Positions 15,597-36,138 are shown, counted from the stretch's first letter. The stretch is DNA of 64,000 bases from Escherichia coli (GCF_003334355.1 NZ_QOWP01000007.1), one strand, 5' to 3'. A program made the numbers and translations. Notes: generated by a model from the letters alone, not told the origin.

Positions 15597-15694
15597 GCCT
15601 GATGCGCTACGCTTATCAGGCCTACCTTTTCCTGCAACACTTTGAATTTATGAGTTTTTGTAGGCTGGATAAGGCGTTTACGCCGCATCCGGCA
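15597..15694. repeat. REP (repetitive extragenic palindromic) element pair
   Basis: Canonical REP units gcctgatgcgctacgcttatcaggcctac and gtaggctggataaggcgtttacgccgcatccggca in opposite orientation between ydgA and uidC. Confidence 0.85.
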
Positions 15695-15723
15695 TAAAAA
15701 ACGCGCACTTTGTCAACAATCTG

Positions 15724-15755
15724 AAACGCCGGAGGTTTTTCTCTCCGGCGTTATT
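15724..15755 (-). terminator. putative stem-loop terminator downstream of uidC
   Basis: Hairpin cgccggag-gtttttct-ctccggcg immediately 3' of uidC; the U-tract on the minus strand is short. Confidence 0.4.
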
Positions 15756-15757
15756 TC

Positions 15758-17023
15758 TTACTTCAGCATAAAGTCATATTGAATACTCATTTTCACATCC
15801 CAGTAATTCAGGCGATCGCCCAGCGCACTGCCATCGCGCTTTTCCCGCCCTTTATCGGCAGCAAGAAAGAAATTCATCCCTTGTAACGGCCCTTCGCTGA
15901 CCCGATAGTTCATACCACCTAAGATACCCGCGCCTTCAATCCGCACATCTCGTTTACTGGATTCATAGCCGCGAGTCACAATCGGTGCAAATGTCAGTGT
16001 AAATTGCGGCGTTAAACGATAGTTGACGCCCAATTGCCAGGACTGCATTCCTTCACGGTTACGATCAAGACTTAATGAAAAGGGATAGCCAATGTCGGTA
16101 TCCACCACGGCACCATTCATTGCATGGCGCAAATAACCACCACTGCCAAATACGCTTCCCCACGGCGCATTCCAGGTCAATTGTCCACTAACCAACGCCG
16201 TTTCATTGGGCTGGCTGGTATTACGACTTAAACCTTCGAGCTGCGCGTAAAAGCCGAGCAACTCCCCTTTCAACGTATAATTCGGGTCGAGCGGTATGCT
16301 TTTCTCGAGAATACTTTGTATCTGATTGGAAACATCTTTCTGTACCGATCCCCCCAGAGAATAGCGACTGGTATCATCATGCCAACTGGCGGCTAAAAAA
16401 GAACGTGCGCGATGTTTATCGTATTTTCCCGTCTGGCTGTTATACACCCCTTCATCACGAATACCGGTTGTTGAATCAGTCCATAAAAATACTCGTGAAC
16501 GCCACATTCCCCACAGATCAATATTTGGTGTTAAAGCCCAATAACCTAATGCTCCTTCAGAAACTGTCGGTAATGTACGTTGCGAACTGCCAGCCATTAA
16601 CGGAATACGATAAGGTAAGCTACCATAACTATAATACGTCCCGAAGCGACCTAATTTAAGCAGGCTATTTTCACTGGGTTTTATTTTTACTGCCCCCAGG
16701 GCAAAGCCAAAACTTTTATCACCATCAAGATACCACCGGGTACTCATATCAGCACGAGCACCTAATTTATAAACATAATACGCCCCGCCTTCAACGCCAA
16801 TAATATTGGAATAATAACCACTATTGAAATCGAGCAATCCTCCCTGTACCCATGCGTAAATATCTCTTCCCGCGCCAGCACTGGGCTTATCCGCCCTGCG
16901 CAATTCGTTTTTCAGTCTGATGCGTAGTCCCGCTTCATCGTCAGCCAGTTGCGCCGCATAAGCAGAGGTAAGGCCAGAGGCAGCTGTCAGGCAAATAACG
17001 GCCATGGCCACTATTTTTCTCAT
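15758..17023 (-). CDS. uidC: outer membrane protein for glucuronide uptake
   Basis: ORF track 421 aa; signal peptide and beta-barrel-like sequence matching UidC. Confidence 0.93.
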   Translation of the reverse strand: MRKIVAMAVICLTAASGLTSAYAAQLADDEAGLRIRLKNELRRADKPSAGAGRDIYAWVQGGLLDFNSGYYSNIIGVEGGAYYVYKLGARADMSTRWYLDGDKSFGFALGAVKIKPSENSLLKLGRFGTYYSYGSLPYRIPLMAGSSQRTLPTVSEGALGYWALTPNIDLWGMWRSRVFLWTDSTTGIRDEGVYNSQTGKYDKHRARSFLAASWHDDTSRYSLGGSVQKDVSNQIQSILEKSIPLDPNYTLKGELLGFYAQLEGLSRNTSQPNETALVSGQLTWNAPWGSVFGSGGYLRHAMNGAVVDTDIGYPFSLSLDRNREGMQSWQLGVNYRLTPQFTLTFAPIVTRGYESSKRDVRIEGAGILGGMNYRVSEGPLQGMNFFLAADKGREKRDGSALGDRLNYWDVKMSIQYDFMLK

Positions 17024-17061
17024 AGTTGCACCTTTGATGTTCTGATTATTTTTATTGAATA

Positions 17062-20633
<3,572 letters not shown>

Positions 20634-21224
20634 TCAGGATGCGGTTAAGATACCGCCAATCATCGCGCGTAATCCCTGAGCAAACGACGCTTCACGCGCC
20701 AGGTCTTCCGCTTCGATATCGGCCAGTACACCGTAGGTCAGATCCAGCAGTAAACGTGAAGTCATTGCCGTGTTGATGTCTGGGCTTATCTCGCCTTTTT
20801 GCTGGGCATCACGCATCCGCTGGGCAACAAATTCCGTGATCGTCATATGCTTATTTTTAAGCATGGCGGCGACCTGTGGGTTACGCATCCCTTCCGCCAT
20901 AATTTCAACCACCAGCGCCCGTTGTCCAAAGGCTTCATGGGTGAGAGAGACAATGGACTCGACCATATAGTCAACGAAATGAATCCCTTCAATCGGTTCC
21001 CGGAAACGGGCCAGCGCCCTCTCCTGGTCCTGTAAGATAATCGCCTGAATCAAGGCTTCTTTGGAGATGAAATGGTGATAGAGCGTCCCGGGACTAATGG
21101 CGCAAGATTTACAGATGGCTTTCATCGAGGCACTGTGAAATCCATTTTCTGAAAAAATCTCTCTGGCAGCATTGAGGATCCGGGTCCGTGTCGGTTGTGC
21201 TTCAGTCTGCATGTTATCCATCAT
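20634..21224 (-). CDS. uidR: TetR-family repressor of the uid operon
   Basis: ORF track 196 aa; N-terminal TetR helix-turn-helix; matches UidR. Confidence 0.94.
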   Translation of the reverse strand: MMDNMQTEAQPTRTRILNAAREIFSENGFHSASMKAICKSCAISPGTLYHHFISKEALIQAIILQDQERALARFREPIEGIHFVDYMVESIVSLTHEAFGQRALVVEIMAEGMRNPQVAAMLKNKHMTITEFVAQRMRDAQQKGEISPDINTAMTSRLLLDLTYGVLADIEAEDLAREASFAQGLRAMIGGILTAS

Positions 21225-21444
21225 TAAACCATTATAGTTAGCGTGAATAACTAGTTTACCGCGTTGTCAGGTGAGCGCCTATCATTGCTGTTGAATAGTG
21301 CGAAGGCACACTCTATTCGTATACTTTTCACTCTGAAATTGGTTAACCAATAGCCGTGATTTGGCTGCCAGTTATTTAGCAGAGACGTTGATGAGTTTAT
21401 CCCGGTAAACAACACGCACGGTTGTTTACCGGTCCGTTAGTGTA

Positions 21445-22212
21445 TTAATTGAGCTCCTGTACCCCACCACCGGAGACGGTGAGAATTTGTCCGCTTACCC
21501 AGCTCGCAGCAGGCGAGCAAAGGAACAGCGCTGCGTTAGCAATATCTTGCGGTTGGCCCAGACGTCTGATCGGCGTGTGCTGTAACATTTTTTGTTCAAT
21601 TTCTGGTGTAATAACGGATTTCAGGGCATCGGTTAATATTGCCCCCGGCGCAATGCCATTTACCCGAATATTTTTTTCACCCAGGTCAAACGCCATATTT
21701 CTGACCAGATGACTGGCCGCAGCTTTAGATGATGCATAGGAAGTCATGTTTATATTTTTATTTTCTGCCGCCATAGAAGTGATGGTCAGAATAACGCCAC
21801 CGCCATTTTTTTCCATTTCTGGCGCAACAAGTTGTGACAGATGGAAAAAAGAAAACACATTCAGTTCATAAGCACGGCGAAAATCCGCCATTGGCATATC
21901 AAACGGTTTAGGTCCACCGCCACCGGCGTTGTTAACCAGAATATCAACTTTACCCAGCTTACTGATAGCAAAGTCTGCCAGTGCAGAGAGTTCCTGTTCG
22001 GAAGTAATATCACAACGGCAGGCAAATGCCTGACCACCCAGTTGTTGAATTTCGTCTACAACATGGTTAGCTGCGTCGGCGTTAATATCACTGACCACCA
22101 CAGATGCGCCAGCTGTCGCGAATGTAATGGCGATTTCTTTACCAATACCTGCACCCGCACCTGTGATGATGGCGCATTTTCCGTCGAGTCTCAGGTTGTC
22201 AGAATTAAACAC
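21445..22212 (-). CDS. hdhA: 7-alpha-hydroxysteroid dehydrogenase (SDR family)
   Basis: ORF track 255 aa; TGAGAGIG cofactor motif and Y-x3-K catalytic pair. Confidence 0.94.
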   Translation of the reverse strand: MFNSDNLRLDGKCAIITGAGAGIGKEIAITFATAGASVVVSDINADAANHVVDEIQQLGGQAFACRCDITSEQELSALADFAISKLGKVDILVNNAGGGGPKPFDMPMADFRRAYELNVFSFFHLSQLVAPEMEKNGGGVILTITSMAAENKNINMTSYASSKAAASHLVRNMAFDLGEKNIRVNGIAPGAILTDALKSVITPEIEQKMLQHTPIRRLGQPQDIANAALFLCSPAASWVSGQILTVSGGGVQELN

Positions 22213-22323
22213 ATAAACCTCCTGTGAACTTCAGTAAAAATAAAAGGCACCGCCTGTGTGCCACATTTTTTATCATTAACCTTGAGGAAAGGACACTACC
22301 AGGTATAGCAGATAAAGAGAGGA

Positions 22324-23445
<1,122 letters not shown>

Positions 23446-23446
23446 A

Positions 23447-25119
<1,673 letters not shown>

Positions 25120-25128
25120 GGATAAGAT

Positions 25129-26301
25129 ATGTTCGATTTTTCAAAGGTCGTGGATCGTCATGGCACATGGTGTACACAGTGGGATTATGTCGCTGACCGT
25201 TTCGGCACTGCTGACCTGTTACCGTTCACGATTTCAGACATGGATTTTGCCACTGCCCCCTGCATTATCGAGGCGCTGAATCAGCGCCTGATGCACGGCG
25301 TATTTGGCTACAGCCGCTGGAAAAACGATGAGTTTCTCGCGGCTATTGCCCACTGGTTTTCCACCCAGCATTACACCGCCATCGATTCTCAGACGGTGGT
25401 GTATGGCCCTTCTGTCATCTATATGGTTTCAGAACTGATTCGTCAGTGGTCTGAAACAGGTGAAGGCGTGGTGATCCACACACCCGCCTATGACGCATTT
25501 TACAAGGCCATTGAAGGTAACCAGCGCACAGTAATGCCCGTTGCTTTAGAGAAGCAGGCTGATGGTTGGTTTTGCGATATGGGCAAGTTGGAAGCCGTGT
25601 TGGCGAAACCAGAATGTAAAATTATGCTCCTGTGTAGCCCACAGAATCCTACCGGGAAAGTGTGGACGTGCGATGAGCTGGAGATCATGGCTGACCTGTG
25701 CGAGCGTCATGGTGTGCGGGTTATTTCCGATGAAATCCATATGGATATGGTTTGGGGCGAGCAGCCGCATATTCCCTGGAGTAATGTGGCTCGCGGAGAC
25801 TGGGCGTTGCTAACGTCGGGCTCGAAAAGTTTCAATATTCCCGCCCTGACCGGTGCTTACGGGATTATAGAAAATAGCAGTAGCCGCGATGCCTATTTAT
25901 CGGCACTGAAAGGCCGTGATGGGCTTTCTTCCCCTTCGGTACTGGCGTTAACTGCCCATATCGCCGCCTATCAGCAAGGCGCGCCGTGGCTGGATGCCTT
26001 ACGCATCTATCTGAAAGATAACCTGACGTATATCGCAGATAAAATGAACGCCGCGTTTCCTGAACTCAACTGGCAGATCCCACAATCCACTTATCTGGCA
26101 TGGCTTGATTTACGTCCGTTGAATATTGACGACAACGCGTTGCAAAAAGCACTTATCGAACAAGAAAAAGTCGCGATCATGCCGGGGTATACCTACGGTG
26201 AAGAAGGTCGTGGTTTTGTCCGTCTCAATGCCGGCTGCCCACGTTCGAAACTGGAAAAAGGTGTGGCTGGATTAATTAACGCCATCCGCGCTGTTCGTTA
26301 A
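25129..26301 (+). CDS. malY: PLP-dependent cystathionine beta-lyase / maltose regulon modulator
   Basis: ORF track 390 aa; aminotransferase class I/II fold with the lysine motif SGSKSFNIP. Confidence 0.95.
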   Translation: MFDFSKVVDRHGTWCTQWDYVADRFGTADLLPFTISDMDFATAPCIIEALNQRLMHGVFGYSRWKNDEFLAAIAHWFSTQHYTAIDSQTVVYGPSVIYMVSELIRQWSETGEGVVIHTPAYDAFYKAIEGNQRTVMPVALEKQADGWFCDMGKLEAVLAKPECKIMLLCSPQNPTGKVWTCDELEIMADLCERHGVRVISDEIHMDMVWGEQPHIPWSNVARGDWALLTSGSKSFNIPALTGAYGIIENSSSRDAYLSALKGRDGLSSPSVLALTAHIAAYQQGAPWLDALRIYLKDNLTYIADKMNAAFPELNWQIPQSTYLAWLDLRPLNIDDNALQKALIEQEKVAIMPGYTYGEEGRGFVRLNAGCPRSKLEKGVAGLINAIRAVR

Positions 26302-26306
26302 CCCCA

Positions 26307-26345
26307 ATTGCGCAACGTAAAAAATCGTTGCGCAATCGTGGATTT
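26307..26345 (+). terminator. putative terminator after malY
   Basis: Hairpin ttgcgcaacg-taaaaaat-cgttgcgcaa followed by tcgtggattttta. Confidence 0.5.
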
Positions 26346-26404
26346 TTACCCTGCTTTGTTTTTATAATGGTGCGCACTTTTATATCCAGAAAAAGAGTGC
26401 GACC

Positions 26405-27406
26405 ATGATTGATACCACCCTGCCATTAACTGATATCCATCGCCACCTTGATGGCAACATTCGTCCCCAGACCATTCTTGAACTTGGCCGCCAGTATAAT
26501 ATCTCGCTTCCTGCACAATCCCTGGAAACACTGATTCCCCACGTTCAGGTCATTGCCAACGAACCCGATCTGGTGAGCTTTCTGACCAAACTTGACTGGG
26601 GCGTTAAAGTTCTCGCCTCTCTTGATGCCTGTCGCCGCGTGGCATTTGAAAACATTGAAGATGCAGCCCGTCACGGCCTGCACTATGTCGAGCTGCGTTT
26701 TTCACCAGGCTACATGGCAATGGCACATCAGCTGCCTGTAGCGGGTGTTGTCGAAGCGGTGATCGATGGCGTACGTGAAGGTTGCCGCACCTTTGGTGTG
26801 CAGGCGAAGCTTATCGGCATTATGAGCCGGACCTTCGGCGAAGCCGCCTGTCAGCAAGAGCTGGAGGCCTTTTTAGCCCACCGTGACCAGATTACCGCAC
26901 TTGATTTAGCCGGTGATGAACTTGGTTTCCCGGGAAGTCTGTTCCTTTCTCACTTCAACCGCGCGCGTGATGCGGGCTGGCATATTACCGTCCATGCAGG
27001 CGAAGCTGCCGGGCCGGAAAGCATCTGGCAGGCGATTCGTGAACTGGGTGCGGAGCGTATTGGACATGGCGTAAAAGCCATTGAAGATCGGGCGCTGATG
27101 GATTTTCTCGCCGAGCAACAAATTGGTATTGAATCCTGTCTGACCTCCAATATTCAGACCAGCACCGTAGCAGAGCTGGCTGCACATCCGCTGAAAACGT
27201 TCCTTGAGCATGGCATTCGTGCCAGCATTAACACTGACGATCCCGGCGTACAGGGAGTGGATATCATTCACGAATATACCGTTGCCGCGCCAGCTGCTGG
27301 GTTATCCCGCGAGCAAATCCGCCAGGCACAGATTAATGGTCTGGAAATGGCTTTCCTCAGCGCTGAGGAAAAACGCGCACTGCGAGAAAAAGTCGCCGCG
27401 AAGTAA
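26405..27406 (+). CDS. add: adenosine deaminase
   Basis: ORF track 333 aa; metal-binding HRHLDG motif near the N-terminus and SINTDDP near the C-terminus. Confidence 0.96.
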
Positions 27407-27407
27407 C

Positions 27408-27441
27408 AAAATGGATGGTGCAAATGCACCATCCATTTTTC
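27408..27441. terminator. bidirectional rho-independent terminator between convergent add and ydgJ
   Basis: aaaatggatggtgca-aa-tgcaccatccattttt: perfect 12-bp stem flanked by an A-tract and a T-tract. Confidence 0.7.
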
Positions 27442-28480
27442 ATGCAAGGCACAAAGTCGCGCGATGTTTGGCGGATTCGATGCCCAGCTCAATCAACTCC
27501 ATTACCTGGATTGCCTGGCTTGCCGGAACCGGATTTTCACCATCGCCATTTAACGCATCACGAATAGCCGCATAGTAAGCCGGATAATTCCCAGGCACCG
27601 TCAACAGCGTTTCTTCGACACGTTCCTCACCTTCCACGCGGGTAAGTACGCCATCACGCATATCGTAGCCCCAGTCTTCCTGCGGTAGACGCTCGCCATT
27701 TTTCAGACGTTCTTCCTGTGGATCGAGGCCATATTTCACATAACTGCCTCGGGATCCATGCACGATATACCGTGCTGACTCAGCGGCTGCCAGCATGGTA
27801 CCGTGTAAAATGACTCGCCGCTGTGGATAGGACAAGATGGCGTGGAAATAATCGGTCGACTGCGCTCCGGGCCGTAACTGTGCCAAATCTACCGTCATGC
27901 TGACCGGTAAACCAAAAAGCGTAATGGCCTGATCAAGAAGATGTGGTGCTAAATCGTACCAGATACCGCTGCCTGGGCCGCCCTGTTCACGCCAACGATC
28001 GCGCACCTGCGGACGGAAGCGGTCAAAATGAGACTCAAAGTAAGCAACTTCACCCAGCACGCCTTCCGCGAGTAAACCTTTTAGCGTCAAGAAATCGCTA
28101 TCCCAGCGACGGTTATGGAATACAGACAGCACACGCCCCAGGCTTTTTGCCAGCGCATCCAGCTCTCGCGCTTGTGACAGTGTCACGGTAAAGGGTTTAT
28201 CAACGACCACATGTTTACCCGCCTCAAGCGCCGCTTTGGCTAACGGGAAATGGGTATCGTTGGGTGTAGGAATGACAATCAGGTCTATGTTGGGATCGTT
28301 AAACAGATGCTTCGGCTCAGAGACAACCGTAACCGTTGGCCAGTCGGCTTTTACTTTTGTTTCATCACTGCTGGAGATTACCGCCAGTTCCAGCCCGGGC
28401 GTGCCCGCAATCAGGGGCGCATGGAAGGTTTTGCTCGCATAACCATACCCAATCAACCCAACACGGATGTTGTCGCTCAT
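27440..28480 (-). CDS. ydgJ: Gfo/Idh/MocA-family NAD(P)-dependent oxidoreductase
   Basis: ORF track 27440..28519; recognised start MSDNIRVGLIGYGYASKTFH is 13 codons in, giving 346 aa. Confidence 0.9.
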   Translation of the reverse strand: MSDNIRVGLIGYGYASKTFHAPLIAGTPGLELAVISSSDETKVKADWPTVTVVSEPKHLFNDPNIDLIVIPTPNDTHFPLAKAALEAGKHVVVDKPFTVTLSQARELDALAKSLGRVLSVFHNRRWDSDFLTLKGLLAEGVLGEVAYFESHFDRFRPQVRDRWREQGGPGSGIWYDLAPHLLDQAITLFGLPVSMTVDLAQLRPGAQSTDYFHAILSYPQRRVILHGTMLAAAESARYIVHGSRGSYVKYGLDPQEERLKNGERLPQEDWGYDMRDGVLTRVEGEERVEETLLTVPGNYPAYYAAIRDALNGDGENPVPASQAIQVMELIELGIESAKHRATLCLA

Positions 28481-28722
28481 GTCATTGCCTCTCATTGAAG
28501 TATGATGGCTATTTGACACTATCCTTTACCCACGCTCAACAGTTTAATAACCTGCCAGCAATAAGGGATGTTGTTTAACTTAAGTCAAAAAAATAGCGAA
28601 TTTTCCAACGACAAAAGCTAAATATCGCAAAAACCTCAGTAAAAATCTTGCTGGAGCTATTATTGCTAAGTAACATTTACCCCCTGAAGTTAATGGATCA
28701 ATCAAGAGAGATGTGGGCTGTA

Positions 28723-28848
28723 ATGAATCGTCTTATTGAATTAACAGGTTGGATCGTTCTTGTCGTTTCAGTCATTCTTCTTGGCGTGGCGAGTCACATT
28801 GACAACTATCAGCCACCTGAACAGAGTGCTTCGGTACAACACAAGTAA
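28723..28848 (+). CDS. blr: small membrane protein Blr (41 aa; beta-lactam resistance / divisome-associated)
   Basis: Within ORF track 28648..28848; MNRLIELTGWIVLVVSVILLGVASHIDNYQPPEQSASVQHK matches Blr; single transmembrane helix. Confidence 0.8.
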   Translation: MNRLIELTGWIVLVVSVILLGVASHIDNYQPPEQSASVQHK

Positions 28849-29120
28849 GCTCTGCACTTGTGGAGCGACATGCTGCCCGTCCGGGTGCATGTTTTCACTT
28901 GTCGGATATTAAACCAGGAATTTATTATCTTGTTCGATGTTGTTGGTGATTGTCAGGGATAGTAAAGCGCGTTACTCTTTTCAGAGCAGTTTTTCATCCC
29001 TGAATATTTGCCATCAGCGCATTCTTATTATTGTAATAACACAAGCGTTCACTTTTGGTGAAATTTTATCATCACTAATAATACCTACCCCTTTGGTATT
29101 AATTATTTTATGGACCTTTT

Positions 29121-29336
29121 ATGACTGTTCAGGACTACTTATTAAAATTTCGCAAAATCAGTTCACTCGAAAGTCTGGAAAAACTCTACGACCATCTTAA
29201 TTACACCCTGACGGACGATCAGGAACTGATCAATATGTATCGTGCTGCCGATCACCGTCGCGCAGAGCTGGTTTCTGGCGGGCGTTTGTTTGACCTCGGC
29301 CAGGTACCGAAGTCCGTCTGGCACTATGTCCAATAA
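29121..29336 (+). CDS. cnu: Hha/YmoA-family nucleoid-associated protein Cnu (YdgT)
   Basis: ORF track 71 aa; matches Cnu. Confidence 0.93.
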
Positions 29337-29421
29337 AGAAAGTAGCGATCGGTTATAAAAGCCTTATAATAACGCCCCTAAAATTAGATTTGCCTGTTTG
29401 CGTCGCTATTCTGGAGAACCT

Positions 29422-29862
29422 ATGACCACCACAACGCCACAACGTATTGGAGGCTGGTTGCTTGGCCCGTTGGCCTGGCTTTTAGTCGCTCTGTTGAGTA
29501 CGACGCTGGCGTTGTTGCTGTATACCGCTGCGTTATCTTCTCCGCAAACATTTCAAACGCTCGGCGGACAAGCACTGACGACACAAATCTTATGGGGCGT
29601 TTCTTTTATTACCGCTATCGCCTTGTGGTATTACACACTGTGGTTGACCATCGCTTTCTTTAAACGTCGGCGTTGTGTTCCTAAACACTATATTATCTGG
29701 CTGCTTATTTCCGTATTGCTGGCAGTAAAAGCATTCGCTTTTTCACCCGTGGAAGATGGCATAGCCGTTCGCCAGTTGCTGTTTACTTTGTTGGCAACCG
29801 CATTGATCGTCCCCTATTTCAAACGCTCGTCGCGGGTAAAAGCGACGTTTGTGAATCCGTAA
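29422..29862 (+). CDS. ydgK: DUF2569-type inner membrane protein YdgK
   Basis: ORF track 29398..29862; recognised start MTTTTPQRIGGW is 8 codons in, giving 146 aa; hydrophobic. Confidence 0.85.
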   Translation: MTTTTPQRIGGWLLGPLAWLLVALLSTTLALLLYTAALSSPQTFQTLGGQALTTQILWGVSFITAIALWYYTLWLTIAFFKRRRCVPKHYIIWLLISVLLAVKAFAFSPVEDGIAVRQLLFTLLATALIVPYFKRSSRVKATFVNP

Positions 29863-29938
29863 TAACCTTACAGTTAACCTGTTGTCGCCTGCTCTGGATT
29901 AACGGATAATAGGCGGCTTTTTTATTTCAGGCCGAAAA

Positions 29939-30519
29939 ATGACTGACTACCTGTTACTGTTTGTCGGAACTGTACTGGTCAATAACTTTGTACTGGTCAA
30001 GTTTCTCGGTCTCTGTCCGTTTATGGGGGTTTCCAAAAAACTGGAAACCGCGATGGGCATGGGGCTGGCAACAACGTTTGTGATGACGCTGGCGTCTATT
30101 TGCGCCTGGCTTATCGATACGTGGATTTTGATCCCACTTAATCTGATTTACCTGCGCACCCTGGCATTTATTCTGGTGATTGCTGTGGTCGTGCAGTTCA
30201 CCGAGATGGTGGTGCGCAAAACCAGCCCGGTGCTTTACCGTCTGCTGGGGATTTTTTTGCCGCTTATCACCACCAACTGTGCAGTGCTCGGCGTGGCGTT
30301 GCTGAATATCAATCTCGGGCACAATTTCTTGCAGTCGGCGCTGTACGGTTTTTCCGCCGCTGTCGGTTTCTCGCTGGTGATGGTGCTCTTCGCCGCCATC
30401 CGCGAACGCCTTGCTGTGGCTGATGTCCCGGCACCTTTTCGCGGTAATGCCATTGCGTTAATTACCGCAGGTCTTATGTCTCTGGCCTTTATGGGCTTTA
30501 GTGGTTTGGTGAAGTTGTA

Positions 30520-30520
<1 letters not shown>
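29939..30520 (+). CDS. rsxA: Rnf/Rsx ion-translocating oxidoreductase complex subunit A
   Basis: ORF track 193 aa, polytopic membrane protein; first gene of the rsxABCDGE operon. Confidence 0.95.
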
Positions 30521-33121
<2,601 letters not shown>

Positions 33122-34180
33122 ATGGTATTCAGAATAGCTAGCTCCCCTTATACCCATAACCAGCGCCAGACATCGCGCATTATGCTGTTGGTGTTGCTCG
33201 CAGCCGTGCCAGGAATCGCAGCGCAACTGTGGTTTTTTGGTTGGGGTACTCTCGTTCAGATCCTGTTGGCATCGGTTAGTGCTCTGTTAGCCGAAGCTCT
33301 CGTACTCAAACTACGCAAGCAGTCGGTAGCCGCAACGTTGAAAGATAACTCAGCATTGCTGACAGGCTTATTGCTGGCGGTAAGTATTCCCCCCCTCGCG
33401 CCATGGTGGATGGTCGTGCTGGGTACGGTGTTTGCGGTGATCATCGCTAAACAGTTGTATGGCGGTCTGGGACAAAACCCGTTTAATCCGGCAATGATTG
33501 GTTATGTGGTCTTACTGATCTCCTTCCCCGTGCAGATGACCAGCTGGTTACCGCCACATGAAATTGCGGTCAACATCCCTGGTTTTATCGACGCCATCCA
33601 GGTTATTTTTAGCGGTCATACCGCCAGTGGTGGTGATATGAACACACTACGCTTAGGTATTGATGGCATTAGTCAGGCGACACCGCTGGATACATTTAAA
33701 ACCTCTGTCCGTGCCGGTCATTCGGTTGAACAGATTATGCAATATCCGATCTACAGCGGTATTCTGGCGGGCGCTGGTTGGCAATGGGTAAATCTCGCCT
33801 GGCTGGCTGGCGGCGTATGGTTGCTATGGCAGAAAGCGATTCGCTGGCATATTCCCCTCAGCTTCTTAGTAACGCTGGCGTTATGCGCAATGTTGGGCTG
33901 GTTGTTCTCACCAGAAACACTGGCAGCACCGCAAATTCATCTGCTGTCTGGAGCGACCATGCTCGGCGCATTCTTTATTTTGACTGACCCGGTTACCGCT
34001 TCTACGACCAATCGTGGTCGTCTTATTTTCGGCGCGCTTGCGGGCTTATTAGTCTGGTTGATCCGCAGTTTCGGCGGCTATCCTGACGGCGTGGCTTTTG
34101 CCGTCCTGCTGGCGAACATCACGGTTCCTCTGATCGATTACTACACGCGTCCGCGCGTCTACGGCCATCGCAAAGGGTAA
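33122..34180 (+). CDS. rsxD: Rsx complex subunit D
   Basis: ORF track 352 aa, polytopic membrane protein. Confidence 0.95.
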   Translation: MVFRIASSPYTHNQRQTSRIMLLVLLAAVPGIAAQLWFFGWGTLVQILLASVSALLAEALVLKLRKQSVAATLKDNSALLTGLLLAVSIPPLAPWWMVVLGTVFAVIIAKQLYGGLGQNPFNPAMIGYVVLLISFPVQMTSWLPPHEIAVNIPGFIDAIQVIFSGHTASGGDMNTLRLGIDGISQATPLDTFKTSVRAGHSVEQIMQYPIYSGILAGAGWQWVNLAWLAGGVWLLWQKAIRWHIPLSFLVTLALCAMLGWLFSPETLAAPQIHLLSGATMLGAFFILTDPVTASTTNRGRLIFGALAGLLVWLIRSFGGYPDGVAFAVLLANITVPLIDYYTRPRVYGHRKG

Positions 34181-34183
34181 ACC

Positions 34184-34804
34184 ATGCTGAAAACTATCCG
34201 AAAACACGGCATTACGTTGGCGCTATTTGCAGCGGGTTCAACAGGGTTAACTGCGGCCATCAACCAGATGACCAAAACGACGATTGCTGAACAGGCCAGT
34301 CTGCAACAAAAGGCGTTATTTGATCAGGTGCTGCCAGCCGAACGCTATAACAATGCGCTGGCACAGAGTTGCTATCTGGTAACTGCGCCAGAGTTAGGTA
34401 AAGGTGAGCATCGGGTTTACATCGCCAAACAGGATGACAAACCGGTAGCCGCCGTTCTGGAAGCAACCGCGCCAGATGGCTATTCCGGTGCGATTCAGCT
34501 GCTGGTGGGAGCCGATTTTAACGGCACGGTACTTGGCACGCGCGTGACAGAGCACCACGAAACGCCAGGGCTTGGCGATAAAATCGAACTGCGCCTTTCT
34601 GACTGGATCACCCATTTTGCGGGTAAAAAAATCAGTGGTGCAGATGATGCGCACTGGGCGGTGAAGAAAGATGGTGGTGATTTCGACCAGTTCACCGGCG
34701 CGACGATTACTCCCCGCGCGGTGGTTAATGCGGTAAAACGCGCCGGATTGTACGCTCAGACGTTACCGGCACAACTTTCTCAACTTCCTGCCTGTGGAGA
34801 ATAA
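34184..34804 (+). CDS. rsxG: Rsx complex subunit G (FMN-binding)
   Basis: ORF track 206 aa. Confidence 0.95.
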   Translation: MLKTIRKHGITLALFAAGSTGLTAAINQMTKTTIAEQASLQQKALFDQVLPAERYNNALAQSCYLVTAPELGKGEHRVYIAKQDDKPVAAVLEATAPDGYSGAIQLLVGADFNGTVLGTRVTEHHETPGLGDKIELRLSDWITHFAGKKISGADDAHWAVKKDGGDFDQFTGATITPRAVVNAVKRAGLYAQTLPAQLSQLPACGE

Positions 34805-34807
34805 AGC

Positions 34808-35503
34808 GTGAGCGAAATTAAAGACGTTATTGTTCAGGGGTTGTGGAAAAACAACTCTGCGCTGGTCCAGTTGCTCGGCCTTTGTCCTCTGTTGGCGGTC
34901 ACGTCCACTGCCACTAACGCTCTGGGTTTAGGACTTGCGACTACGCTGGTACTGACGCTGACCAACCTGACCATTTCGACGCTGCGTCACTGGACGCCAG
35001 CCGAGATCCGCATTCCCATTTACGTGATGATCATCGCCTCGGTGGTCAGCGCTGTACAGATGCTGATCAACGCCTACGCCTTTGGCCTGTATCAATCATT
35101 AGGGATTTTTATTCCGCTGATTGTCACTAACTGTATCGTTGTGGGCCGCGCTGAAGCCTTCGCCGCCAAAAAAGGTCCGGCGCTTTCGGCACTGGACGGC
35201 TTTTCAATTGGTATGGGCGCAACCTGCGCCATGTTCGTGCTGGGTTCACTACGCGAAATTATCGGCAATGGCACATTGTTTGACGGTGCAGATGCGCTGT
35301 TAGGTAGCTGGGCAAAAGTATTACGCGTGGAGATTTTCCACACCGACTCCCCTTTCCTGCTGGCGATGCTGCCACCAGGTGCATTTATTGGCCTGGGACT
35401 GATGCTGGCAGGAAAATACCTGATTGATGAAAGAATGAAAAAGCGCCGTGCTGAAGCAGCTGCAGAACGTGCATTGCCAAACGGTGAAACAGGGAATGTC
35501 TGA
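34808..35503 (+). CDS. rsxE: Rsx complex subunit E
   Basis: ORF track 231 aa; apparent GTG start; paralogous to RsxA. Confidence 0.94.
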   Translation: MSEIKDVIVQGLWKNNSALVQLLGLCPLLAVTSTATNALGLGLATTLVLTLTNLTISTLRHWTPAEIRIPIYVMIIASVVSAVQMLINAYAFGLYQSLGIFIPLIVTNCIVVGRAEAFAAKKGPALSALDGFSIGMGATCAMFVLGSLREIIGNGTLFDGADALLGSWAKVLRVEIFHTDSPFLLAMLPPGAFIGLGLMLAGKYLIDERMKKRRAEAAAERALPNGETGNV

Positions 35504-36138
35504 TGAATAAAGCAAAACGCCTGGAGATCCTCACTCGCCTGCGTGAGAACAATCCTCATCCCACCACCGAGCTTAATTTCAGTTCGCCTTTTGAATTGCT
35601 GATTGCCGTACTGCTTTCCGCTCAGGCGACCGATGTCAGTGTTAATAAGGCGACGGCGAAACTCTACCCGGTGGCGAATACGCCTGCAGCGATGCTTGAA
35701 CTGGGCGTTGAAGGGGTGAAAACCTATATCAAAACGATTGGGCTTTATAACAGCAAAGCAGAAAATATCATCAAAACCTGCCGTATCTTGCTGGAGCAGC
35801 ATAATGGCGAGGTTCCGGAAGATCGTGCTGCGCTTGAAGCCCTGCCCGGCGTAGGTCGTAAAACAGCCAACGTCGTATTAAACACTGCATTCGGCTGGCC
35901 GACTATTGCTGTCGACACGCACATTTTCCGCGTTTGTAATCGTACTCAATTTGCGCCGGGGAAAAACGTCGAACAGGTAGAAGAAAAGCTACTGAAAGTG
36001 GTTCCGGCAGAGTTTAAAGTCGACTGCCACCATTGGTTGATCCTGCACGGGCGTTATACCTGCATTGCCCGCAAGCCCCGCTGTGGCTCTTGTATTATTG
36101 AAGATCTTTGTGAATACAAAGAGAAAGTTGACATCTGA
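35503..36138 (+). CDS. nth: endonuclease III (DNA glycosylase/AP lyase, 4Fe-4S)
   Basis: ORF track 211 aa; C-terminal Cys cluster CIARKPRCGSC; start overlaps the rsxE stop by 1 nt. Confidence 0.96.
   Translation: MNKAKRLEILTRLRENNPHPTTELNFSSPFELLIAVLLSAQATDVSVNKATAKLYPVANTPAAMLELGVEGVKTYIKTIGLYNSKAENIIKTCRILLEQHNGEVPEDRAALEALPGVGRKTANVVLNTAFGWPTIAVDTHIFRVCNRTQFAPGKNVEQVEEKLLKVVPAEFKVDCHHWLILHGRYTCIARKPRCGSCIIEDLCEYKEKVDI

Noticed and set aside
28937-29200. 87-aa ORF between blr and cnu
   Set aside because: Overlaps the cnu start in another frame; no RBS; hydrophobic low-complexity translation from AT-rich DNA.
35092-35802. 236-aa minus-strand ORF spanning the rsxE-nth junction
   Set aside because: Antisense to two well-supported, translationally coupled genes.
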